Shown here: positions 28,646-38,800 of the stretch, piece after piece | Layout of the letters: each line of letters begins with the position of its first letter | Position numbering within the stretch: position 1 is the first letter of the stretch | From: Abditibacteriaceae bacterium | GTDB lineage: Bacteria > Armatimonadota > Abditibacteriia > Abditibacteriales > Abditibacteriaceae | Direction: 5' to 3' | Length of the DNA stretch: 64,000 nucleotides | Assembly (NCBI GenBank): GCA_031425655.1 | Contig: JANPJS010000312.1 | Location: 25,062 to 89,061, forward strand | Program-made: the position numbers and the translations under genes | The notes under the pieces: generated by a model | What the model was told of the DNA's origin: nothing | Databases searched by the model: none | The model's input: the letters and a program-made list of their open reading frames with translations, nothing else

Positions 28646-30145
28646 ATGGAACGAAGCATGAGCGCATTTTTTACACCGCTGAACGACGAGCCGATTATTG
28701 ACGAGCAAGACCTGCTTGGTCGCCGGACGCTGCTGAACGAAATGAAACACGCCATCGCGGAAGGCACGCCGCCGCACGTCTTCGGAATTCATGGCGACTG
28801 GGGTTCGGGTAAGACGAGTTTTCTCCGGCAATTGCGTTATGAACTCACCGGCGAACGAGTGCTTGGCCCGCACGAAAAGTTGACCGGCAAACAAGAAAAG
28901 CAATCGAAGGATTTCGCTACGACAAACGCGCACGTCACTACGATTTGGTTTGAAGCGTGGCGCTATCAGAATGAATCGGCGCCGATTGTCGCGCTGCTGC
29001 ATGAAATCCGTTCGCAGATGACATGGCGCACTCATGCGGCTGCGCAAAGTAAGCAGCATTTGCAGAAGTATGCTGAAGTGGCGATTCGTGGCGGTTTACT
29101 GCAGATGGAGCAGGTCACGAAGATGATCGGCTTTCAAGCGTCTAAAGTGCAGGACGCGGGAGAAGCGTGGGAGCGCGAGCATCTTGCGGTGACGTTGCCC
29201 TCGGATCAGATTCGCGCTCTGCTGGATGAAGTCTTGGGCCAGTTGCTGCCCTCAACCGGCAATGAAGAATGGGATGATAAGCGCCGTCTCGTGGTATTTA
29301 TTGACGATCTTGACCGTTGCGAGGCGGAAACCGCATTTCGTTTGCTGGAAGGCATTAAGATTTATTTAAATCTCACCCGCTGCGTCTTCGTGTTGGGACT
29401 CAATCAGCGGGAAATTCAGCGTGCGATAGCCAAGTTCATTCCGTCCTATAAGAAAGAGTCGGACGAAGGCGAAGTGCTGATTCGCGCGCAGGAATACATG
29501 GAGAAGCTTTGTGGCAACATTCAGCACTTGCCGCTGCCAACCCCCAGCGCGCAGGCGAAGATTGTCGGGCATTTTCTATCGAATGTCGCCAAAGAGCCGC
29601 GGGCCAAAGACGTGAACGCGGAAATCGTGCGTCTGATTGGCGTAGAACCGTCTCTGCCGGCTAATCCGCGTCGCATTAAAGGGCTGTGTAACACCATCGC
29701 GCGGCTCGTGATGCGCCGCCTGCATAATTTGACCAATGGCGAACCGATTCCCATCGCGGAAGCGCGTGTTGTGCTGCTGGTGGCGAGCCTTTATCAGTTT
29801 CATCCGGCGATTTATCGTGTGCTGGCCAGTGACCTGCGTTTCATTGAGGTTCTAAAACGCAAGGCGCGCGAAGTAAAGCCTGCCGGAGATGCCAAATCGC
29901 CGACGATTCACGCTGTTTTGGACGACCTGCAACTAACCTTTCACCAGCCGCCCAGCGCCGAAAGCTCCGTGACGCCTGCAAGCGCGCCGCCGTCGCCCGA
30001 ATCGCTGTTTGCCGACCCGGCTTATGGAAACGTGCTGCACTGCCAACGCTTTCTCGCCGCTGTCGGCGCCGATGAAATCACCGAACAGCAGTTGCGTCCC
30101 TACGTGTCGGGAAATGAAAACGATGCCGCAAAATTCACCATCTAA
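28646..30145 (+). CDS. KAP-family P-loop NTPase (no TM insert)
   Basis: D.LGR, GIHGDWGSGKTS, WFEAWRY, VVFIDDLDRC, EYMEKL, NPRRIK. Confidence 0.9.
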   Translation: MERSMSAFFTPLNDEPIIDEQDLLGRRTLLNEMKHAIAEGTPPHVFGIHGDWGSGKTSFLRQLRYELTGERVLGPHEKLTGKQEKQSKDFATTNAHVTTIWFEAWRYQNESAPIVALLHEIRSQMTWRTHAAAQSKQHLQKYAEVAIRGGLLQMEQVTKMIGFQASKVQDAGEAWEREHLAVTLPSDQIRALLDEVLGQLLPSTGNEEWDDKRRLVVFIDDLDRCEAETAFRLLEGIKIYLNLTRCVFVLGLNQREIQRAIAKFIPSYKKESDEGEVLIRAQEYMEKLCGNIQHLPLPTPSAQAKIVGHFLSNVAKEPRAKDVNAEIVRLIGVEPSLPANPRRIKGLCNTIARLVMRRLHNLTNGEPIPIAEARVVLLVASLYQFHPAIYRVLASDLRFIEVLKRKAREVKPAGDAKSPTIHAVLDDLQLTFHQPPSAESSVTPASAPPSPESLFADPAYGNVLHCQRFLAAVGADEITEQQLRPYVSGNENDAAKFTI

Positions 30146-32393
30146 ATCGCCAACAATTGAATCCATTCCGGCGCCGCAAAAGCCCGACACCGGCGCGTTT
30201 CTCGACACCTTCAACGACAAAACGCTGCTGGCCTATTTTCGGGCAGTGCACGACTGGCACGGCTATATCAAGTTTCTGGGGTTGCCGGCGCTGATTGAAA
30301 CCAGCCGCGATGTGCCGCTGCGGAACCTTTATGTCGAGCCGCGCTTTGCGGCGCAACACCTGACGCCGGAGAGCTTCGACGACGTGGAGAAAGCGCCGGA
30401 AACGGTGGCGGCGATTGAGGCTTTAAAGCAGCATCAGCGGCTGGTGCTGCTCGGCGATCCGGGGTCGGGCAAGTCTACGCTGGTCAACTGGCTGGCCGAG
30501 TGTTTGACGTTCCCGCTCGCCACGTCGGTGACGAGCGCACTGGGGCCGTTGGTGCCCATTCCGCTGATTCTGCGCGAGTTGCAGATTGACGCCTCGATAA
30601 CGTGGGACGCGCTGATGAAGCAGTTTTTGGAGCGTCCCGTCGCCAAGAGTCTGAAGGAGAACCCCGAAACCCTCGAAACGCTGCTGCAAAGTGGGCAGGC
30701 GTTCGTGATGCTCGACGGCATTGACGAAATCGCCAGCGTGGAAACGCGCCAAGCGTTGCGCGATGCGGTGCATGATGGTTTTCGGCGTTACCTGCGCGCT
30801 CAGTGGCTGCTCACCTCGCGGGTGGTGGGCTATGATGAGGCTTCGTTCAATTTTTCCATCTGGCCGAGTTGGACGAGACAAGGGGAGACTATCCATTGGC
30901 GACTAAAAGAAATAGGTCTCCTCTACGCTGCGCCGTTTAACGACGCACAAATCGAGCAGTTTGCGCGCAATTGGTATCATCAGCACGAGAGTAATCCGCA
31001 TTTGGCGGAGCAAAGCCCGGCGGAGTTTGTCGCGGTCGTCGCGGCGAATCAGGGCATACGGCGGCTGGCGCGCATTCCAAATCTGCTGACGTTTATGGCG
31101 TTGATCCATCGCATTCATGCCGACCTGCCGGATGGCCGTGCGCTGCTTTACGCGAAAGTCTCGGAGGCGTATCTCAATACCATTGATTCGTTTCGCAAAC
31201 TGCCGCTGCCGGTCAACTTCAGCTTAGCCGACAAAGAGCGTTGGCTGGCAGTCGTCGGCTTTCGGATGCAAATGCGCCGCTACGAGGCGACATTAAAAGG
31301 CGAGGCAGCGCAAAGCGAAATCTTAGTGCCGGGCGCCGAGGTGCGGCAATGGCTGGCGGAGGCGATGCGTCCCAAAGTGGGCGACGAAGCGGACAAGACG
31401 GCGGCGGCGCTGCTCGATTACATCGGACGGCGCAGCGGACTGCTGCTGCCGCGCGGTGAAGACCTCTTCGCCTTCCTGCACCTGACGTTTCAGGAATACT
31501 TCGCGGCGCTTTTCATCAAAGAGAAGATCAAGTCGCTGACGTGGATGAGGCGCAACACGGTGACGAACGACGACGACTCGGACACCGCGCTGTCGCGTTT
31601 GCGCGACTACGCCAACTCGACGGTGTGGCAGGAAACGCTGCTGCTGCTCTTCGAGAGTCTTTCCGAAGAAGGCGAATGGCCCGACGACCTGACGCGCCTG
31701 CTCTTTGAAAACGACTTCGACCTGGCCGAGCCGCAGCCGTTGAAACAGCGGTTTGTTTGGAATGAAACCCGGCGCAAACATGCTCATAACGACCAAATGC
31801 AAACGCTGGTGCTGCTGGCAGCGATTTCGGTAGACCCGCACAGCGGCCTCAGCGCCGGACTGCGCCCCGGCGTCTGGCGCGCCTGCTGGCAATGGGAGTT
31901 GGAACGGCAGAAAGAAACGGGAGTAGATACGCCCATCGTCGAGAATCAAGTAGCGTGTGCGTTGATGGCCCCGGTCACCTCCCTGCCGCAGGTGATGACG
32001 CAGTTTGCACAAGCGGCGCAGTTGTCACAGCCGGACTGCTTGTGGCTTGGCTACTGTGTAGGTTTGAATGACGTGACGCCGTTGGCGGCTTTGACCAACC
32101 TGTATTACCTCGTTTTGAGCGACACGGCGGTGAGAGACGTGAGGCCGTTGGCGGCTCTGACCAATCTGTATTACCTCGATTTGAGCAATACGGCGGTGAG
32201 AGACGTGAGGCCGTTAGCGGCGCTGACCGAGCTGGGCTACCTCTCTTTGAGAAACACGGCGGTGAGCGACGTGACGCCATTGGCGGCGCTGACCAATCTG
32301 AAACTTCTCACTTTGAGCGACACGGCGGTGAGCGAGGCTGACGTGGCGGCGTTAAAGAAGAAGTTGCCGCACACCCAGATTAGCGGGCCGTAG
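30123..32393 (+). CDS. NACHT (STAND) NTPase with C-terminal leucine-rich repeats, NLR-like
   Basis: LYV, LGDPGSGKST, VMLDGIDE, LLTSR, PNLL, FLHLTFQEYFAA; four to five 22-aa LRRs; ATG at 30114 or 30123 overlaps the KAP gene end. Confidence 0.88.
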   Translation: MPQNSPSKSPTIESIPAPQKPDTGAFLDTFNDKTLLAYFRAVHDWHGYIKFLGLPALIETSRDVPLRNLYVEPRFAAQHLTPESFDDVEKAPETVAAIEALKQHQRLVLLGDPGSGKSTLVNWLAECLTFPLATSVTSALGPLVPIPLILRELQIDASITWDALMKQFLERPVAKSLKENPETLETLLQSGQAFVMLDGIDEIASVETRQALRDAVHDGFRRYLRAQWLLTSRVVGYDEASFNFSIWPSWTRQGETIHWRLKEIGLLYAAPFNDAQIEQFARNWYHQHESNPHLAEQSPAEFVAVVAANQGIRRLARIPNLLTFMALIHRIHADLPDGRALLYAKVSEAYLNTIDSFRKLPLPVNFSLADKERWLAVVGFRMQMRRYEATLKGEAAQSEILVPGAEVRQWLAEAMRPKVGDEADKTAAALLDYIGRRSGLLLPRGEDLFAFLHLTFQEYFAALFIKEKIKSLTWMRRNTVTNDDDSDTALSRLRDYANSTVWQETLLLLFESLSEEGEWPDDLTRLLFENDFDLAEPQPLKQRFVWNETRRKHAHNDQMQTLVLLAAISVDPHSGLSAGLRPGVWRACWQWELERQKETGVDTPIVENQVACALMAPVTSLPQVMTQFAQAAQLSQPDCLWLGYCVGLNDVTPLAALTNLYYLVLSDTAVRDVRPLAALTNLYYLDLSNTAVRDVRPLAALTELGYLSLRNTAVSDVTPLAALTNLKLLTLSDTAVSEADVAALKKKLPHTQISGP
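32070..32333 (+). repeat. Four 66-bp tandem repeats encoding LRRs
   Basis: Units start at 32070, 32136, 32202 and 32268 (GACGTGASGCCRTTRGCGGC...ACGGCGGTGAG). Confidence 0.9.
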
Positions 32394-32552
32394 CCGAGGC
32401 GAAAATGCGTCCGGCAGCCGCGAAAATCGCGCTGACACGCACGCAATTGATGCTGACAGCCGCGAAAACGAGAGTGGCGCCCGCGAAAAGCGTGCTGACA
32501 CTTACGAAATGGTGTCGGCTGCGGCAAAAATGATGGTGGCAGCGACAAAATG
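32394..32552. repeat. Degenerate 21-bp tandem repeat
   Basis: GAAAA-like anchors at 32401, 32422, 32443, 32464, 32485, 32506, 32526 and 32547. Confidence 0.65.
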
Positions 32553-32766
32553 GGCTTTTGACGAGCGCCTGATGACCCGATTTCGCAAAGACCACGGCGA
32601 ATTCGTGACCGCCTAACAGGGCGCCCGCGTCATCATAGACCGAGCCGGCACCGTCAAAACCAAGCTCGCGCCTGCCACGCCGTAGACATGGAGACACGAA
32701 AAAAGGAGACACGGAAATCATTCCGCGTCTCCTTTTCTTTTCACTGACATCGAAGCGCAATTGAAT

Positions 32767-32814
32767 GTAGGGGCACGCTACGGCGTGCCCGGACACGCCA
32801 TAGCGTGTCGCTAC
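32767..32814. repeat. GTAG-type REP doublet
   Basis: GTAGGGGCACGCTACGGCGTGCCC GGACACGCCATAGCGTGTCGCTAC. Confidence 0.7.
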
Positions 32815-32818
32815 GAAA

Positions 32819-35800
32819 TCAATCTTTCACGCTGAGCCGCGTTTCGTCGGAGATTGCGCGGACTTCCGGTGCATACATCGCGTAGCCGTTGGTCGGCAAA
32901 GCGTGGAAGCGGCCCGGAATCTCGGCGCGCATTCGGTAGCGAAGCACGCGCACGCCTTGCGGCAGATGATCCACGAACAGGGCGACTTTGGTGTCGCGCA
33001 GTTCGACGTTGCTGCACAAGCCGTCGCCCCACGCAGAGCCGCTTCGCAAATCAACGGCTTCAAGGCCCGCCGCTTTCATGTCCTCGAACACCAGATACGA
33101 ATAATCGTTGTCGGCATCGAGCGTGAGTTCGACTTCGATTAAATCGCTGCTGACAAGCGTTGCGCCGTCTTTGATTTCGGTGCGCGTGAACTCTTGCTTC
33201 GGCGGCTCTGCCGGGCGCGGACGCGGGAACGGTGGCATAATGCCGCGTCCGCCCACCGCGATTTTGGCGGACGCAACCGCCGGTGCCGTGGTCGTCGCGG
33301 CGCCTGCGCCTTGCTCCGGTTTCACTTCGGGATTGCGCGTCAACTTGAAGTAGCGGCGTTTGATCGCAATGGCGTTGCCCGACGCTTTGATCGGCTCTTC
33401 GAGCGAGAAGTATTCGCTGGCCGCGCTCCAATACACGTTGCCGCGTCCCTGCTTCTCAATCGTCACTTTGTTGGCGCCGTCTGCAAGGAACAAGTCGCCG
33501 CTGATGAAGCGATTATCGAAGAACAGCATATTGTCGGCGGTGACGCGATAGCTGCGCTTGATGCGGTCGTTCAGCGTGACGGTCAGCGTGTAATCCACAT
33601 CCAGTTCTTTGTTGACGCGCACGTAATCGTTCAAGGCGCTGACGGCCATCGCGGTGGCTTTGGTGCTGCGCCAGTGGTTGCCGCGCGACTTGGTGACCAG
33701 CCATTTCATGCTGCGGTCAACCATCGCGTTTTTCGGGTCAATCTGCAAAAAGGCTTTGAGCGCCCAGGCGTTGGTTTCCACGTCGTCGTTCCACCAATAC
33801 CACCATTGATTCGCCATTTTCCAGCGCGCGGTGCCGTTGGCGGCGTCCACGAGCGCGGTGTTTTCCAGATTGCGAACCATCACGCCGGCTTTGTCTTTTT
33901 CGCCGCTATTGGAAAGCGCCAACGCCAGCAACGCTTGCGAATACGGCGTCAGGCGTTCGCGCTGCGTGAATAAGCGGCCCGCCACGACTTTCTGCGCTGC
34001 ATCGCCCATTTTGCCACGCAGCGACAGCGCGTGCGCCATCCACGTTAAAAGGTGCAGATTGTCTTCGTCCGTCATCTGTTTTTCGAGATAAGCGAAGCCG
34101 CGATTCAAAACGTCGTCGCGCACCTTCACTTCGGCGGCTTTGGCCGTCGCCAATCCCCACATCACATAGGCAGTCATGTATTCGTCGCTCTGCGAGGAGC
34201 CGGGCCACCAGCCCCAGCCGCCGTCGCCGCGCTGCATTCCGTAAAGGCGGTCGAGGCCTTCTTTGGTCATCTGATTGACGACAGCTTGGTCGTAAACCGG
34301 ATTCGAGCCGCGATGCGATGTCCACCACATCCGCGAAGCCATTTGTTGCAAATCGCGCGAATTCGGCATTCCCGTCGGATAGGTGTAGCCGGTATTTTTC
34401 ACGCGCTCGCCGATGGGCGCGGCTTTGGCTTCGGCTTCGTAGGCTTGCGCGCGGGCTTTGAGCGTGGCCAAGTTGACGCCGCTATCGGACAGCGTTTTTT
34501 GCACGAGAACCGTCGGCATAAAGCGCGACAGCGTTTGCTCGACGCAGCCATATGGATAATCGGCCAAATAGGGCAGGGCGTCCATCATCGTGGCCGCGAG
34601 GCTCGGATTAAGCTGCACGTTGAGCGAAGTCGCGCCGAAACGACGCTCTTTGGGCAGATTTATCGTCGCCGTGGCCGAATTCACGCCGTTTTTGAGGACG
34701 CCGCTTTGCGATGCGAAACGCTGGATACCATGCACCAAAACCGGGAAATTCATCTTGACGGCGTCGGCGTCTTCGTCGGTTTGCGCGGTCATTTGCACAT
34801 GGGTGTCGCCGTCGCGCGTGACGTTGACAACCCAGTTCACGCGCGCTTCTTCGCCCGCTTTGACTTCGATAAAGCCGGACGCGGCTTTAAACATTTCGCC
34901 CGTTGCGAGGTTGGTTTCGGGTTTGGCTTCGACTTCCAAACCGCTGCCCAAATCGAGCGCGATTTTGACGCGCTTGGCCGACTTCAAATAGTTGTGGACG
35001 TTGGCTGTTAGCACAACTTGATCGCGCTCTACGAAGAAGCGCGGCGCCTGCAAGCGCACGAGCAGGTTTTTCTTGGTTTCCACGTCGTTTTCGCCCGCGC
35101 CGACTTGCACATTTGGCGTGACGCCGCGCGCCGTGGCGTGCCATTGCGTCAGCGAATCCGGGAAAGTGACTTCGACTTTAGCTGTGCCGCCTTCGGTGAC
35201 GACGGCGGGCGACCAAAACGCGGTTTCGGCGAAGTTGGAGCGCACTTGCGCCGTGGCGAGTTGGGTTTCGCCTGCTTGCCGTTGGTCTTTTTTGTCTCCA
35301 GCCGATTCTTTGCGGGCTGCTTTAGCCATCGTTTCCATCGGCGCTCCGCCGAGTCCGCCGGCAGCCGAAGCCATCGGCGCGGAGGCTGGCATGGCCATCG
35401 CGCTATTCGCGGACACCGCGCCGTCGGCCAGCATAAAGTTCTCGGCGCCGCGCATTCCGAGGCGCCGATTGTAGCGCCCGTAGTAACCAAACTGGCCTGG
35501 CGGCAGGTTCAACTGGCCCAGTTCGTCGGGGAATTCCCAGCCGTGCTGCTCGTAATTCTGGTATTTCTGGTCGTCTTCGGTGTGGCCCTGCGGCTGGCCC
35601 GAACGGTGCGAATCGAGGTTGACCGAGTTGGCGCGGCGCTCGCCGTAATAAAACAAGCGAATGTCCGGCGCGTAGTCTTTTTGAATGTAAAACAGGCTGG
35701 CGTCAATCATCGCCACGCTGACTTCGGCGCGGGCCGGATTGCCTTTCCAGTCTTTCGCAGCGATGGTGAAAGTGCCTTTTTCGCCCGGTTTGTATTCGCT

Positions 35801-38800
35801 TTTGTCGCCTTTTACGGAAATATCGAGGAACTGCTTGGTCGGCGGCACGAAAACTTCCTGCTGCGCCTGATACACCTGAAAATTCTTGACCATCGCGGCG
35901 GCGATGGCGAAGTTCGGGACGTGCCTGTGTTCAATCGGAATCGTGATTTCCTTGCTTTTACCTTCGATGAAAATCACGTCGCGCCGCAAAATATCGCCGC
36001 CCGACTCCTGTGTCAGCAAAACCGTGCTGCCCGGCGAATCGGCGATGAGCAGCACTTTGGCGGTGTCGCCTTCTTCATAATTGCGCTTATCAAGCACAAT
36101 CGTCACGCCTTGCAAGCGGAACTGCGTGTTATTGAGGCCCGGCCCGGCGACCCAGATCGTTGTCGAGCCGACGACTTTGTTGCCCCAATCGTCCGTGCTT
36201 TCCCACGCGATGCGAAAATGCCCGGCGTTGTCGGTCGGCCATGTCCAGATGGCGCGGCCTTTCTCGTCGGTGCGAATTGCTTCTTCGAAAATCTTTTCTT
36301 CTTTGTTATCGGGCAGCAGCTTGTAAACCACCATTTTGCCCGCCGTGCTTTGCGGTTTGTCGTTGGCGTCCTGGGTTACGATTTCGATTTGCACACGGTC
36401 GCCGCTGATGTAATAACCCTGTTTGGCGTTGAGAAACGCGAAATATTGCTGATTCGCCACGCGCACTTCGCCTTGTCCTTCAATCGTGCGGCGGCTGGAA
36501 TCGGTCACTTCGGCTTCGATGGTGTAGAGCGGGTTGGAATAGCGCTGCCACCAATCGGTCTCGGATACCTCTTCGCGCTTCGTCGCAAAGCTCACTTCGG
36601 CGTTACCTTGCGCGTCGGTTTTGACCGTTCCTTCTTTGATGATTTCGCCCGCGCCTTCGCCGCCGATGTTGCGCCGTCCCGTGTTGTAATCGCCGACGCC
36701 CCAGTAGGAATAAAGCCACGCGAACGGCTGCGGGAAGCGATAATTGGCCCACCAACGGCTGCGGCGCACGGTATATTTCACGGTCGCATTCGGGACGGGC
36801 GAGCCGAAATAATACTTCGCGTTGATTTTCGCGGCGACGGTTTCGCCGGGCTTGACGGCGTTGTCGGGCGCGTCTACCGTGACGATAAATTCGGGGCGCT
36901 TATATTCCTCGACGCGAAAGCGATTGGCGCCATGCGCCGCGACGTTTTGTTTGGTTTGCGGAACGTGAGCCTGCACCGTGTATTCGCCGAGTGGTGTTTC
37001 CATCGGCAGCATGAATTCGCCGTTGACGGTGCCGAATTCTGAAGTCGTCAGCTTCTTGGTGAAGATGTTCTCGCCCTTCGGATTTGTTACCGTGACGTTG
37101 ACTTCGACGCCCACCATCGGCGCTTGATCGCCTCCGGCCACGCGCTTCGTGAGAATCTGGCGAAAATAGACTTTTTGATTCGGGCGATAAACCGGGCGGT
37201 CGGTGTAGGAATAAACTTTGGCTTCTTCACGATTGCCGCCGTAATAGCCGCCGTAATAATTGCTGCCGGTCAGCGCGTAACGGTTGCCGACCCACGCGAA
37301 AGCCTGCACTTGCTGCGAGTTGCGATTCGGGCCGCGCACTAATTTTTTCTCGAAGAAGCCGACTTCGCCGCTGGTGCCTTTAGCCAAGTCAACGTGGTTG
37401 GCGCTGTTTTCCCAGTAAGTCTCTTTGAGAATCACGTTCGCGCCGTTAATCGGCGCGCCGCTGCGCGCGTCGGCGACAAAAGCCAGAGCTTCGTCGCGGT
37501 CGGTTTTCTTGAGAATCGCAAGGTCGCTGATGAGCAAAACGCGCGCGGTGCGGATGCCGTCGCCTTCGGCGACAATCGCGTAGGCGCCGAGTTCTTTCAG
37601 CGGCGTGTCAATGGTTTCGTTGACGCCCTGATAATCGCCCTTGTCTTTGGAATTAAACGTCCATTCCCCCGCTTTTTCGCCGAAATACTGGCGCGCGTTG
37701 GCAATGCTGCCGAAGTTGCGATCCCACTCGGTGAATTGAAGATTCGGCTGGTTCAGTTTGGCGTCCTGCGCGATGATTTTCTCAAGCTGCACGCGATAAG
37801 CGGTGAACTTCACGCTTTTTAAATTGCGCGTATTGACCGTGATTTTCGCGGCTTCGCCGGGCTTTTGCTGGCCCATCGTGTCTAATGAGATTTCGCGCCG
37901 CGTAATCTGCTGGATTTGCGCTCTGGCGTCGCTCGTCCACTTCGATTTGGGGAATTTATCCAGTAATTCGCGGTAAGCGGCCAGCGACTTGACTTGATCG
38001 CCGTTTTGCTGATGCGTTTGCGCGATGAGAATGAGAACGCGGTCGGCAATCGGGTCGCGCGGGAACTTTTCAATCACTTCGCGCCAAATGGGAATCGCTT
38101 CGAGATGATCGAAGGGATATTCGCGCGTGATATAAGTCTTTTTATCGGGGTCATACCAGTTGGCCCAGCCTTGCATTTGCTGGCGATAGGCGCGCACGAA
38201 CATCCCTTTGGCCAGCAGCGAAAGAACGGTATCGTGCTTGTCGGCGCCTTGATCTAAAGCGCGGATTTCGTTGTAAAGATAAAGAACTTTGGTCGGCAGA
38301 TTCCATTTTGGGTCGTAAGGCAAGCTTTGGTCAACGGTTTCGTCGAGCTTTTTGCGCCCGTCTTTCCACGCTTTTTCGAGCGCCTCGATGAATTTGCTTT
38401 GCTCGCGCGTCGGCAAATAAGCGGCGAGATCGAAATTGAGATCGTTTTCTTCATCCCACGCCATCGGGTGAATCGCCACCAAATAGCGACGGGTTTTGGC
38501 CCATTCGCGCTCTTGCTGCGCCTGCACTTTAGCTTTCTCGAAATAGTCGAGCGTGGCCTGCGCGTCTTCTTCGCCGAGATAAACCTGCACCGGCTTTTCG
38601 GCGCCTTCGACTTTAGGATAATCCTGCCCGCGATAGGTTTTGCCGCCGACTTTGTAGCCTTGATGCGGCACGACGGTGTAAAGCCGGCCCAGCCAGTAAT
38701 AAATGCGCGCTTTCCACTCGGTTTTGCCGAGCAGAGTGTTGGCTGAAGCGAACGCCTCGTCCCACTTTTCGGTTTTGCCCAGGGAAACCGCGATGCGATA

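Noticed and set aside
32070..32552. CRISPR array or DGR template/variable repeat
   Set aside because: No constant repeat with unique spacers and no cas or reverse transcriptase gene in the window; the 66-bp units are coding LRRs.
35018..37042. 674-aa plus-strand ORF and many similar long antisense ORFs
   Set aside because: Shadow ORFs opposite well-supported genes in GC-rich DNA, with no motifs.
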